A DNA stretch of 50,042 nt from Nemertoderma westbladi (GCA_032718475.1 JAUCBJ010008231.1:1-50042); one strand, 5' to 3'; numbered from the stretch's first letter, positions 1 to 12,216 are shown. Notes: a model not told the origin generated them from the sequence alone. Numbers and translations are program-made.

Positions 1-1396
1 AATGGCGCCCATATGCTAAGGCTTCACTCGCTTCATGGCTCGCCCCATTTTTTCAATGTTGGAAAGGAATGAAGGGGACGTCGGGTGATGGTGGTAGTGG
101 TAATGATGTTGTGGGTGAGGAAGAACTCACTTCACGGCTCGCCCCCATAAGTCTGTGTTTATTTACCTTTTTTAGTTGTTGCGTCATAACCTTACTTCGG
201 CGCTATCACTCACACTTCGACGCTATCACTCACTTCATGGCTCGCCCCATAGGTAGAATAATCAAATCATGTTAAAGACTTTTATAATAACAAACGTCTG
301 CAACCCACTTACTATATTGGGTTTTACCTATTGCGGTTCAAGGTCAAACGCCGACCGGTAGACACGAATTAATTAAATTACTTCCGCCTGCAAACTGGTC
401 TTATACCGCGTATGTCACATATATACACAGCGGTGACATATGTTACATATGCACAATGGTAACCATGGTAACCATAGTAAGTGGGTGGGGCAACAATAGT
501 AATCATAGTAAGTAGGCGGGGCAAGAGCCGTTCGGCAAATTCTTTAACATGGTAGACTATGGCAGACGCTGTCTCAATCACGTTGTTTAGCCTACTACTA
601 TGGTTGAACCATGGCCTAGAACCATGGTATTTATTAAATAGAATAAATGGCCTGCAGTGAACAATAATTCTTGCAATCTTTGAATGCCTATATCTCAGCT
701 GTTTCTGAACGAAATTCAGATATTCTTGCATATTTGGAATCCTTGCAACGCAAGCTTTCTAATGATATGAAAAAATTACGACTAATGTGAAGAATGGCCA
801 CGATACGGAGGGTGCGATTTCGCAAAAGAGACTTTTTTTAAAACGCTTATAAAAAAATTTAAAGGTAAAATAGAAAACCCCGGCTTCATAGGGTCATCGA
901 CGGTGAGTGAAACTAGTGGTGTTTAAAATGTCAAGCTATATGATAAAGATTTGTAGATAAATCTGGGGGGGGGGGGGGGGGGGGGTCCGTGTCATCAGAA
1001 AATGACACATATTACAAGTCATGGTGTAGATATATTATTACCCATGTACTTAGAACGGCATTAATTTACTATCTATGCCCAAATTTTTGATTTTTTTTTT
1101 GTTTTTTTTTCTTTTAATATTAAAAGACTTTTTACATGTTGTTAGGCTTTGTATTATCAATTTTATTCTAGAATTATATATTTTTGTTGCTATGGTTACA
1201 TAAATAAATAAATTTAAATTTAAATTTATTTCAATTTCAATTTATTTCTTATTGTAGGCCTAATGCTTACTTATTTCATATTTCTTTCTTATTGACAAAT
1301 ATATTTGAGGATTAAATTACATTTAAATTTTTTTACTAGCTAATAAAAAGTAGTAGTAGCTAACACAAAATCAAAATTACTAGCTACCATCTTTTT

Positions 1397-1692
1397 GGAA
1401 TATATCTTATTACAGAACACAAGCGAACACATCTAAACACACCCGAACACACTCCAAAAACTGCCGAACACAATCGAACACAGTCGAAAATAGAAAGAGC
1501 ACAAAAAAATATCACCGGGTACCAACTTTTAGATAAAATTAGCCACGCGTTGCTTTTCTATAAGTAAATCCCTGTAATTATTGAATAAAATTGTCGCGAA
1601 ATTAAATGTTGTCGATTGTGTTCGGCAGTTTTTCTAGTTTGTTCGGGTATGTTCTTGTGTGTTCGCCTGTGTTCTGTAAAAAGAACTATCCA
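1397..1692. mobile_element. Small inverted-repeat element (MITE-like)
   Basis: ~1410-1478 (ttacagaacacaagcgaacac...actgccgaacacaatcga) is an imperfect reverse complement of ~1612-1680 (tcgattgtgttcggcagtt...gtgttcgcctgtgttctgtaa). No coding capacity. Confidence 0.6.
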
Positions 1693-1812
1693 TATTTTTG
1701 TCAGATAGCCAAATATTGGTTCTAGAACAAAAAACGTCATAGTAAAAGACATTTTAACAAGAAAAAGTTGGTCAATTTATTTTTATTTTTCTATTAGGAT
1801 TTTTTCAGCTAG

Positions 1813-2499
1813 AGTTCCGTATAGCACTACATTTTTAAAACGTATATCATTGTTACTATGGCAACGTTGAAGAGTTCTAGAACAATAGAAAAGTATTATA
1901 TACTATTCTAGAACATAAGTAAAATGATAAATATAATGTTCTAGAACATAGCTAGTTTTATTAAATTTCAAAATAGCTAGTAAATTAAAAAAATGTATTT
2001 TTAAATAAATTTAAATGAATATTGTTTGTAGATTTTTGTATAGGCCTACCGATGTAACTAATTAGTTTATTTATCCATTGGGTATTGGCTTTTGTTGGCC
2101 TTTGATATCTCATGGAATCCGTTTAATTTTCATTTTCTTATCTGTTGCCTCCACATGTATTCTGTTAGTTTTTCGGTAAATGTATCTTCGTGTTTTAATG
2201 CACTCCTCACACGAAGCTCTGGCGTCGTATATTTTTCTTATTTTTCTCCGTAACTGTCTTATAATAATAGCCTTACTTGCACTTTTGGGCATTTCTCACC
2301 TCAGAAATTTTATGAACAATTTTTTAATTACTAGCAATTTAAAATTTGAAAAATAACTAGTATATGTTTAGAACATTATATTTTTTATTATATTTATGTT
2401 CTAGAATAGTGTATAATATTTATATTTTGTTCTAGAATTCTGCAATGTTGCCATGGTAACAATGATTTATGTTATAAAAATGTAGTGCTGTACGGAACT
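1813..2499. mobile_element. MITE with ~185-bp imperfect terminal inverted repeats
   Basis: Left arm agttccgtatagcactacatttttaaaacg... (1813-~1996) is the imperfect reverse complement of the right arm ...aaaaatgtagtgctgtacggaact (~2318-2499). Both arms are rich in the palindromic TTCTAGAA/GTTCTAGAAC motif. Confidence 0.75.
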
Positions 2500-3065
2500 G
2501 TTACCTTTTTTTCACAAGCTCATATAAAGTACTAGCTAACACAAAATCAAAATTAATGGCTACCATCTTACTGTCACAGGGTCAAATATTTGTTCGAGAA
2601 CAAAAAACCTCTTGATATAAACCGATAATCACTAATAATTTCAATAATTTTTTTTTTGAAATTTGGACATAGATACTATACTAATGCAACTTAGAACAAT
2701 GTTTCAATGGAACTCTAGCCGTTGTAATTAATTAAATTGTGTGTTTTTCCATATAAAAGTTAAAAAGTGGCAATTAATAATACATTAATACAAGGCAAAG
2801 CAAAATATGATTTTTTAAAATACTATCTAGAACAAAAATACTAGCTACTATGTCTCCAAAACGTAAGTGTTTGATGTAAAGCATCCCTTTGTAAAGAAAA
2901 AAAATGATATTTAAAAATTTGAAAAATAGCTATTTTTTGAATGTTCTAGAACAACGTTTTTTTTAGTTAAATTGTTAACATATTCGAGAACATTTAAAAT
3001 AGTAGCAAAAACTAGATAGTATAAAACATGTACGCGTATCGAAACAGTACCTGTATAATTATATT

Positions 3066-4247
3066 ATGAAAAAGTCAATAGTATTGGATCTTTTGAAAGA
3101 ACTAAATGTCAATATAATTGAAAACACTAAATCAGTTAGAGAATTACGCAAGATTTCCACCAGCTCTATATTGGATCACGAGATTGTTGAACACCAAACC
3201 AAAATAAAACATGCTGCTGTTGAAGTTCATATGAAGTTTTGCTTCATAACAATCGGTGATATTGATACTGTAAAGCAACTGTTTGAAGCAGAAGCATTGT
3301 ACCAAGCGCGTTGGAAAGAACCCGCTCTCATGGGTTTGGATGCTGATAAGCTGCATAACATCACATGGGACAACTACTGGGATCCGTGGATAAAGATTGT
3401 TAATAGCGAGGGCGAATTAATTCATGATGAGCACTGGAAGAAAACCAAAGTAGAAGCAGATGCGACATGGGTTGTTTTACACAGAAGATTTAAAGGTGTT
3501 TTTAATGAAAATCTTGAATTAAAGCATTTTCCGTGCGACGTTCAAGACTTATCTCTTACAATATCAACCGAACACACTTGCGAAGATCTCATATTTATTG
3601 CTGATGTTGAGGAACTTTCAACGGTTAATCCAGATAGTTTCCTCGACCAACAGGAATGGCACATGTACCAACATGTACAGGTTGTTTTGGGTCGTCCTGA
3701 CGCCATGAATGCTCCGACTCGTAAAAGACAGATAACCGGCACTTGCCGGGTTGCACGTAAACCTGGTTTCTATTTCTGGAATGTGGTTCTCGTCATGTTT
3801 GTCCTGGTTATTTTATCCTTCTGCGGTTTCGCTATTCAGCCTCAGTGGGCCATCACCTTCTCTCTCACCCTCATGCTAACTGCTGTTACGTTTAAACTCA
3901 CCGTTTCTCACAACCTCCCCAGTATCAACTATTTAACTTATCTCGATATCTACGTTCTGGTGGGCATTCTCTACCTAGGGATGACAACTGTTCTCTTTGC
4001 GCTCCTCACTCTTTTAAAAGAGTATAAATCTTTCTATAAACAAATAGCAATGCTTGCTCTCGGGTCTTTCCAAATACTCTTTCATTCCGTTTACGGTGTT
4101 TATTTTTTGTGGTGCACGAACCGGCGTTGGCGAAAAATGAAAGCTCTTGATCGAATTTATCTCAAAGAAAAAACATCAAGAGAACACCTAATGCAGGAAC
4201 TTGACAGTGGAACCTATGCTTCAGCTAATTCCAGAAGTATATTATAG
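3066..4247 (+). CDS. Cys-less (Pro-loop) pentameric ligand-gated ion channel subunit, intronless, 393 aa
   Basis: pLGIC motifs occur in the expected order: beta1-beta2 IGDIDTVKQLFEAEALYQARWKEP, loop A WDPWIKIVN, Pro-loop LELKHFPCDVQDL without the flanking Cys pair, QEW, pre-M1 RKPGFYFWN, four hydrophobic segments, and M2-M3 LPSINYLTYLD. AATAAA lies at 4340-4345. Confidence 0.9.
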   Translation: MKKSIVLDLLKELNVNIIENTKSVRELRKISTSSILDHEIVEHQTKIKHAAVEVHMKFCFITIGDIDTVKQLFEAEALYQARWKEPALMGLDADKLHNITWDNYWDPWIKIVNSEGELIHDEHWKKTKVEADATWVVLHRRFKGVFNENLELKHFPCDVQDLSLTISTEHTCEDLIFIADVEELSTVNPDSFLDQQEWHMYQHVQVVLGRPDAMNAPTRKRQITGTCRVARKPGFYFWNVVLVMFVLVILSFCGFAIQPQWAITFSLTLMLTAVTFKLTVSHNLPSINYLTYLDIYVLVGILYLGMTTVLFALLTLLKEYKSFYKQIAMLALGSFQILFHSVYGVYFLWCTNRRWRKMKALDRIYLKEKTSREHLMQELDSGTYASANSRSIL

Positions 4248-4589
4248 AGATATGAAAATATATTCTGCAGTTTGTTGTTTTTCAATTATTATTATTATTA
4301 CCGAAATGTTATATTCTGTACTACATTACTGTACATTCGAATAAACACTAGTGGCGACACTTGACGGTCTTCCCCGTACGGATAGGTCTAAGTAAGGACA
4401 ACACTATTGTATTGGAGACAACAGTCAAAAAGACCTACCAACAGTCAGACAAACTCAACAACAGTTAGAAAACAGTCCGGGATAGTCTGCTGCAACAGTC
4501 AAGGGCTTCAAAAAATTCCGTTTATCAGAATAAGACTCCTTTACGTTTAATTATAGTAGGCCTAGCTGATATTTTACTTTGTGCGGTAC

Positions 4590-5395
4590 TCTATATGGCG
4601 TGTGGCGCGCATCGAGGATCCTGGCGGTCCTGGCGCGAATATGGATGTGTAGGGTTAGGGTAGGATGTAGCGTAGCGGTGCGGTGCGGTGCACTGGCAAC
4701 ACATCCCACTACTGCACTATACAGCTCTATTTGAAATTATTCCATAGGTTTAAAAAGATTGAAAAATTTCCGCTCGCTTCTCTCGCGTTTATACTGTAAG
4801 TCTACTCTTAGCACTGTCTGCAGGTCTGGCTGTGGACAAATGGACAGATTGAGCATGACCATTCTGCCATTAAAAACATGATTTGTTTCAAAAGTGTTTC
4901 AATTGTCAGATTCTTGAAACCAATAAAACAATGATTCAGCAGAATTTCCGTGCTCGCTAGGCTCGCAATTTAATAACATCTGTAGGCCTATTTGAAAACA
5001 GTCGGTTTGCCTACTCTAAATGCTGAAATGTTAAAATATTCGTGCTCGCTGCGCTCGCAACACGCAATTTCATCACATCTACTTTTAAAAACAGTCAGTT
5101 GACGTTGACCTACTATTTAAAACTACCACTACAGTACGAGTACGGTACTGTCAGACTGTATTTATGTTAACATTATTAGAAAATTTCCTTGCTCGCTACG
5201 CTCGCATTTTATTGTTAAAATACTGTAGGCTGGTAGGGCTACAGCATTATAAACTGATAAATTATTACAATTCAGCAATTACTGCAAAATTTCATAGTCA
5301 ATTGTTGGCTTGGCGCGCATTGGATATCATGGCTGGCGCGATTTTCGTTTAACCAGAACGCGTGTGGCGCGCTTTTTGTCAGTATTCCATATAGG
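4590..5395. mobile_element. Probable non-autonomous DNA transposon remnant
   Basis: The motif aaattt..GCTCGCTNNNCTCGC recurs at ~4770, ~4950, ~5043 and ~5190, and TGGCGCG clusters sit near both ends. Boundaries are uncertain. Confidence 0.35.
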
Positions 5396-6762
5396 CAATA
5401 TCCTGTCATCTGCAGCCGTCTTTCAGTCAGTCAGTGGTGGATAAGACCCGGTCTTCTGGTCTTGGGTCTCGATCCGGACCGGAAGCACCCCCAACGTGTT
5501 GTCGTTGCTCGATGGTAATGACTGAATGAAGCGGGATGACGCGAACTAGAAAGTAAAATTGCAATTGTTCCCATATACCGGTAGCCTAGGTTTAATTTAG
5601 TTGGGATCAGGGATTGTGGCCCATACTTGTTGCATGTATTAATTATAATTTTTAGTTAATTTCGTACTTTTTTTTATATAATATAACCTTACAATATAAT
5701 TATGTCAGTATGTTGTGAATTACTTTGTAGTAATTAGTTGTCAGTTGTGGCGTTTTATACAGTAGGCTACTAAGTATTATTCATGTTATTAATACATGTT
5801 ATTTTTATTACAGTTGGCCTACTAAGTATTATTCATGTTGGTAATACATGTTATTTTTATTTAGTTACCGGTATGTACCTAATTTATAAGTATAGGATTG
5901 ATATATTTATTGATTATTATATTACTGTATTACAGTGCATATTTGTAGGAATCTGGGAATTGTGGCATTTTTGTACAATAATAAATCAATTTGCAGTTTG
6001 TCCTGTTTGTGGCATTTATTAATAGTTAATTAGCAGTTATAGTTAATTAGGTAATTATATACAATTATGTGCAATGTATGCTAATCAAGTATTGTGTTTG
6101 GGGCGTTAGCGCTCTAATTAAATAGGTAGAAGGTAGGCAGTAGGGGTTTGGGCAGTTGGGAGCAGCATTATTTTGAATCAAAATTATAAGTTAACGTTCT
6201 CTAAGTATTTTGTTATAGGAAGCCGGTAAATTACCAAATTTCTAACTGGTTTCCTCTAGCAGTCTAGGAAGCGGTAAATTGACCAAAAATACAAAAATTG
6301 TATACCGTTAAGTGGTTTGTCACGGAAACTGGTAAAATGACATTAAAAGAAATTCAAGGCTCCCAAACAGGAACGTCCCCTGCAGCCCTGGAATAGGCCT
6401 ACTGCAGCCTACTGACTGACTAATATGTGTTGGGTTGGGGACACCTGGATTGGACAGTTGGATGGATGCTTGGACAGTGGACACTGATCTGCTGATACCT
6501 GGATACAGATATTTAGGATTAGGCCTACATTCCAGTATTCAGGTATTGCTGTATTGTTGATTGTCTGATTGTACGGTACCTACCTTAGTATTGTATTGGT
6601 TTCTTATACCGTAATAACTATTATAACTATCTATTTTAACCGCGTTGGAACACAACCGTCTGAATTCTGCGTCAAATCAGCATGACCACGAGCAGGTAGA
6701 CAGGGAGCGGTGACTGTGTTGACACTGCGACTCTGACACAACCTAAAACCCAGCAACCGGTT

Positions 6763-7071
6763 ATGTCCAATTCTCCAAGCCTCCAATCCAAGAGCGGAAG
6801 TGGACTTATACGCCGTCACATTATTAATTTATCCCAGAAATCTAAAACACCAACGGCCGTTAGCAGCTCAACACTTTACGAGGATGTAACTGGGTCATCA
6901 TCCTTGGGTTTTGAAGCTTTTGACGTTGGATTAGTCGCTTACCTCCGCGGTATACCGATATCGAACCTTAGAGCCACCAGTAGCAACACCGACTTCGGTA
7001 TAGTCGTCGAAAAAATCCACAACGCTCAGAGGGACGGATCGATACCGCGTATTACGGAACATTTACAGAAG
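6763..7071 (+). CDS. ITGB1BP1: ICAP-1-like (integrin beta-1-binding protein 1) coding exon 1, 103 aa
   Basis: A Ser-rich N-terminus is followed by FDVGLVAYL...IVVEKIHNAQRDGSIP, which matches my recollection of ICAP-1 (FRIKYVGAI...LINYIDVAQQDGKLP). The exon ends at the donor AAG|GTTAGT (GT at 7072), phase 0. Confidence 0.75.
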
Positions 7072-8032
7072 GTTAGTTCGTCGTTCGTGTCCCAGTGCAG
7101 TGGCGTATCCAGAGAGTAGCAGGGGATCCGAGCCGATGGTGGTGCATTTAGTTTAGTTTAGTTTAGTTTAATTACGCCAGTATCAATAAAAATATGTCTC
7201 AAAAGTCAAACATACAAACACAAATGACAGAAATAAAGGTAATCCATGATTAGGACAAAATTACAGTAAAATTAAATTTCAATATGAAGGTAATTTACGT
7301 ACGTACTGTAATGTACAGATGTAATATATACACGTCCTGTTATACAGTCTGCATTGCACCAAGATAAATACTTATACATATTCAGATATTATAAACAATT
7401 GGTTTTCGCAATGGCTGGAAAGTTACGCAGTTGCGTTTTAAGGCGGGAATAAAATATAAATAAAAAATAGATTAATTAATTAAAGATACAATTCGATAAA
7501 ATATTAATAAAAAAATAGATTAATTAATTAAAGATAAAATTCGATAAAAAAAAATATTAAGTCAAGACAAGAAATATATTCCTCGAACCAGCCACATATG
7601 TAGTGTAATCATTAGATTTACAGTATATTTCTAAATTCATTGCAGTATTCGAAGATTCTGCCAAGTTACGCAATTGCATTTTAAAGCCGGGAAAACAAAA
7701 TTAAAAGAAAAACTTATGTAATAATGCTTTAATTATATTTATAAAAATCATAGATGTATAAAAATGTGGAAATAAAATATATGAATAAAATTCGAGAAAA
7801 ATTTAGATATACTATATAGGTATGTATCAAGGGTTAAAAGTTTGATGGAAACAAAATGAAATAATTACTTAAAAGAAGTATCTGTCAACTGAAAATAAAA
7901 GGCTGGAATAAAAGCATTGGAGGGCTGCCGCTGCAGGGGGTTGGCGGCTGGGTCAACACATGGCTAAGTCACACGAAGAGTTCCCAAAAGGGACTTTGGC
8001 TTGGCATTCTGGCATTTTCCGGGCACCTAGGG

Positions 8033-9199
8033 GGATGTAGGACAATTCGGTCCCGGACAATTCGGTCCCGGACAATTCGGTCCGGACAATTCGGTCCCGG
8101 ACAATTCGGTCCCGGACAATTCGGTCCCAAAACACTAAATAAATGGGACCGAATTGTCCGGGACCGAATTGTCCGGGACCGAATTGTCCTAGGACCGAAT
8201 TGTCCTAGGACCGAATAGTCCGGGACCGAATTGTCCGGGACCGAATTGTCCGGGACCAAATTGTCCGGTTCCTAATAGCAACTTTTTAGTGCTTTTTTGA
8301 TATTGGTGAATGTTCTAGAACATTAGTAGATATATTTGTTATGCTAGCTAGTGTTATTTACTTGCTAGAATTTTTTGAAATTTAAAAATTCTGTATTTTT
8401 TTTTATTTTTGTTATTGGTAGTGTTCGTTATACACTATTATATACACTATTATACACAACATTATTATATATTATTTATTAAGGTGTAGCTAGTGTTTTT
8501 TTTTAATAGCTAACATTTCCTTGAAATTAAAACTTGTGAAAACATTGATATTTCAGAATTAGGCCTAAACTGTTGCTGATTATATTAATTACCCACAATA
8601 TTGATGATATTATAACACTCCCTGAATGAGATCCAGCTATTATCTAGGATAATAATTTAGGCTTGTTAACCAACCAACGACACATACAGTATACTTACGC
8701 AATATATAAAAAAAATCAGTTTTAAAAATAAACATTTTAAATACATACTATTACTAGCTAGAAAATAATTCACAAGCTCCATAAAAACACCATAGCTACC
8801 ATAAATAATAATGTTAACAAAAAAAAGTAAATTTTTTCTATTTAAAAAAAAAATACTAGCTAGTAAAAAAAACACTAGCTACCATATAATAATAGGCTAT
8901 ATATTAAGGTTCTAGAACATTCACCATTATATAATACCATTAAATTTGGTCCCGGACAATTCGGTCCTGGACAATTCGGTCCCGGACAATTCGGTCCCGG
9001 ACAATTCGGTCCCGGACAATTCGGTCCCATTAATATGCATGTTTTGGGACCGAATTGTCCTAGTCAGTATCCGGACAATTCGGTCCCGGACAATTCGGTC
9101 CCAAAACACAAAATTAATGGGACCGAATTGTCCGGGACCGAATTGTCCGGGACCGAATTGTCCGGACCGAATTGTCCGGGACCGAATTGTCCTGCTTCC
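8033..9199. mobile_element. Foldback/MULE-like non-autonomous element with tandem 15-bp subterminal repeats
   Basis: Inverted termini ggatgtaggacaattcggt / accgaattgtcctgcttcc. Arrays of GGACAATTCGGTCCC and its reverse complement lie at 8040-8270 and 8947-9192. Internal inverted repeats include tggtgaatgttctagaac (~8303) and gttctagaacattcacca (~8909). A flanking direct repeat CACCTAGGGG lies at 8024-8033 and 9199-9208. Confidence 0.8.
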
Positions 9200-10507
9200 A
9201 CCTAGGGGCCTAATACAGTAATAATTGCTACCAGCGTAAATGCCGAAATACCTGGTTGCTTGGCTCTATCACACTACAGGCGCCACTTTTTATAAGGAAA
9301 GCATGCGGCGTTATTTTACTTGGCTGCCTTTGTCTTTGGTTAGGCCTACTTAATGACTTGGTAATTTTGGACATTACTATTGGCCCTTTGGGCCAATAAA
9401 ATTCCATACAATTTATTAGATTAGAGCCTCATGACTTAGGGTTAGGGTTCAATTACTATTTTATTAGGGTTTAGGCCGCCACAATTGTAACATGCGAGGC
9501 CCACGTTTTCGCAATACCACTTTTCGTTTTCAGATATCAGAGTTTGGGCTTTCTCCTCTACTTGCACTTCTCTTTTCGTACCATAACAAAATTTCAAAAT
9601 CACAGGTGTTTGTCTAAATTATACCAATTTTAATTCTTGCGGGGTTTTTGAAGTTAATGGATCCGATGGTAACAATTTTTTTGTACACTACTTTTGTACT
9701 TATAATTCGATATCAAAATTTCAAACTGATGCGATGGACATACATACAGACATGCAGACAGACAGCCTAGATTCCGCCAGCCAAATACAAAAAACATCGG
9801 AAATGAAATCTCTGACCCAGTAAACCCCCAGTTGCGGAAATTTTAGCCACATAGACAGTGTTATTTATTTATAAGAAATATCAATTGCGCGTGGTTATAT
9901 GTATACCGTATAGTGTTAGTATACCGTAAAACGAGGCTCCTTGCAACAGCGAGGTAACTTGCACCAAATTGATATATTAATTATATTTGATGACTGTAAC
10001 TGTACATGAAGCTTAAATTGTTGAATCATAAGTTTTCCATATGGTCTATATAAATGTTTTTCTATCATATAAATGCAATAAACTGCCCTCATTTGTACAT
10101 TTATGTGTTTTTTCAATTACACATAAAATTAGTTTTTTTACGTAAAATATATCTGAAAACTTTTGTTATGTTCAGGAATTCTATTTGCACTATTGGAGTT
10201 GTCCAATATACCAAAATGATCGCTTGGGTGTCTAGATAATTATCAGTACAGATTGTGGTTATACCTACCAGTTTTAAAATGTAGCCTTATTTTTACAAGG
10301 TGACCATTTTGGGGCTACTTGAAACATATACTTCAGCGTATGACCCTTTACATTTTTTGGCATTATTCTTTCAGTGGAGGGCTTTTTGAATCTACTAATA
10401 GGCATACTGTTTGTTTAATCCATATTACTTAATCGTGTTGTCCAGTTTATCAATATTAATGACGAGTAAGGGTCTTGAGCCACGGCTAATATAAAATATT
10501 GTTAGTT

Positions 10508-10550
10508 TACCATATAGCTATTTCACGCTTCCCGTGCGTCTTCAGTGGTA
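10508..10550 (-). ncRNA. Minimal type I hammerhead ribozyme (Penelope pLTR type)
   Basis: The minus strand reads TACCA-CTGAAGA-CGCACGGGAAGCGT-GAAA-TAGCTA-TA-TGGTA. It has the CUGANGA and GAAA core, a perfect 5-bp stem I (TACCA/TGGTA), a palindromic stem III (ATAGCTAT) and an AUA cleavage triplet. It lies next to a Penelope ORF remnant. Confidence 0.75.
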
Positions 10551-10694
10551 TATTATTTTAAACACAATATTAATATAATTTAACTAAAACAACCAATTCA
10601 AAACCTACAAAGATATATACAAAACCGATACCGTTATGGTACTGTATAGTGTACAGTAGTTATGACTATTTTAATAAAGATATTAGCTGTGTAA

Positions 10695-11515
10695 ATGGCT
10701 AATAAGCCAATGGCTAATAAACTACCTATTATGTACTCTAGTTTCCACCATAAACCTACGTTACGGGCAGTGGTGAAATCTGAAATTTTGCGTATTCGCC
10801 GTTTAACTTACTCAAACCATTTGTTCACATGTTATAAACACCAGTACCTCAAGTTGTGTGAGAATCGAGGCTATCCGCTGGATTTCCTCCTCTCCCCCCA
10901 TGCATCAAACCCAACGCCTCTTGGTCCAGTGCCGAACACGCAGCAGCCGTCTTTACCAACAGAGGGGGATGGTCCATCAGCACCCCAAAATTTTAATAAG
11001 ACTACATCGAGTGGGCCAAAATACACCTCTATATATCTCCCTACGACCCCACAGTTCCTGCCTGTCCTAGCGCCCGTTATCCGCAAATATAATGCTGACT
11101 TGCGTTCGCTAGGTATTAGTGTCCAAACGGTCCCGCGTAACCTCCCATCGTTAGGTAAACTGTTGATCACTAAGTCCGAGCCAACTCTGTCTCTTGGTAA
11201 TCACTCTTGCAATGGGCCTCGTTGCAAATGTTGCTCGGCCGTTCTAGACCAGCGCCGGACACCATGGGGTGACCCCATCCATGGGAGATTTAACTGCAAA
11301 TCATTTAATGTGATTTAATTTATTAAATGTAAACTGCATCCACACTTGTGGTATCTCGGCCAGACAGAAAAGCGTTTACATGAGCGCCTCCGAGGTCACC
11401 GTAGTGCCATAAATGACGCAGCTGGCAAGGGGCTAGGAGTCGATTTATCGAGTTCTGAAGTCTTGCTACTGCAACACTTTGTTATTTGTGGGATCGGTGC
11501 TCTCAATATTACATG
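10695..11515 (+). mobile_element. Penelope-like retroelement remnant (RT thumb, Cys-rich linker, GIY-YIG), Neptune-like, pseudogenised
   Basis: SSFHHKPTLRAVVKSEILRIRRL...NRGYP (RT C-terminus) is followed by CNGPRCKCC...FNCKSFNVI*FIKCKLHPHLWYLGQTEKRLHERLRGH. The two track ORFs (10695 and 11346) are in the same frame, separated by one stop at 11316-11318 where the Tyr of NVIY is expected. Confidence 0.85.
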
Positions 11516-11823
11516 TTCTAAAAGGTTTACTAACATTTGTGGGTGACCAACATTTTTTTTAAACCGCATCTGGTGTTGCAAGTAGCCCCTTACTTGTCCA
11601 AAATAGAACAATATGTTAAAATATTAGTTATTTATATTGAAATCAAAGTGCCGTTTCAAGTAACCCCATCTTGGGGCTACTTGAAACACAGCAGAAATTG
11701 TTAACAAATTGTGATACAAACGGCCCAAAAATACAATAACAATGCTTGAAATTGAAATTTGATAACTCTATTAAACACTGCTATGACAAACTAACAACCT
11801 GAGCTTGGTCAAGCTAATCTTAA

Positions 11824-12216
11824 CGTGCGTTAAGATCATACCTACTTAGAGGCCATAAACCGAAATACCCACCCAGAGGTATAGTGTATCAGATACCGTG
11901 TTGCTGTGGCAACATATATGTAGGCCAAACCTTATACAGTCTTGATGTCCGTCTGACCCAGCATCAGGGCGATGTTAAACACCGTAGGCCCAAAGCATCC
12001 GAGTTGTCGGGCCATCATGTAGCTACTGGACACATTCCATTATGGGATAAGGCAACAGTGATAGGGAGAGTGTCAGACTTGCACGGTAGGCTAATATTAG
12101 AGAGTATGTATATTCAATCATTGGGACCCCGGGCAGTTAACAAGAGATTATCCACAGACGTAGATCATTTAAGTATAGCAGTGTTAGAAAGCGGGGGGTT
12201 CCTGAAAATTAAATAA
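11824..12216 (+). mobile_element. Second Penelope-like remnant: GIY-YIG endonuclease, Poseidon/Penelope-like, 5'-truncated
   Basis: GIVYQIPCCCGNIYVGQT..L..R...H...SELSGH...GH...W...R.ILES.YI...VN, followed by a T-rich 3' region. Confidence 0.85.

Noticed and set aside
69-731. ORFs 69-275 and 378-731
   Set aside because: No recognisable domain. The region has repeated ggctcgccccat motifs (an inverted variant also occurs at ~23036), suggesting repeat-derived DNA that I cannot classify.
7072-7119. C-terminal 15 aa of ORF 6763-7119 (and the first 10 aa of ORF 17989-18303)
   Set aside because: These are interpreted as read-through into intron sequence beyond the splice sites.
7953-9221. PDNSV/RDRIV/GPNCP repeat ORFs
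   Set aside because: They are translations of the 15-bp transposon subterminal repeats.
10695-12216. Stand-alone or domesticated GIY-YIG nuclease genes
   Set aside because: An in-frame stop, truncation, adjoining RT thumb sequence and the neighbouring hammerhead all indicate decayed Penelope-like retroelements.
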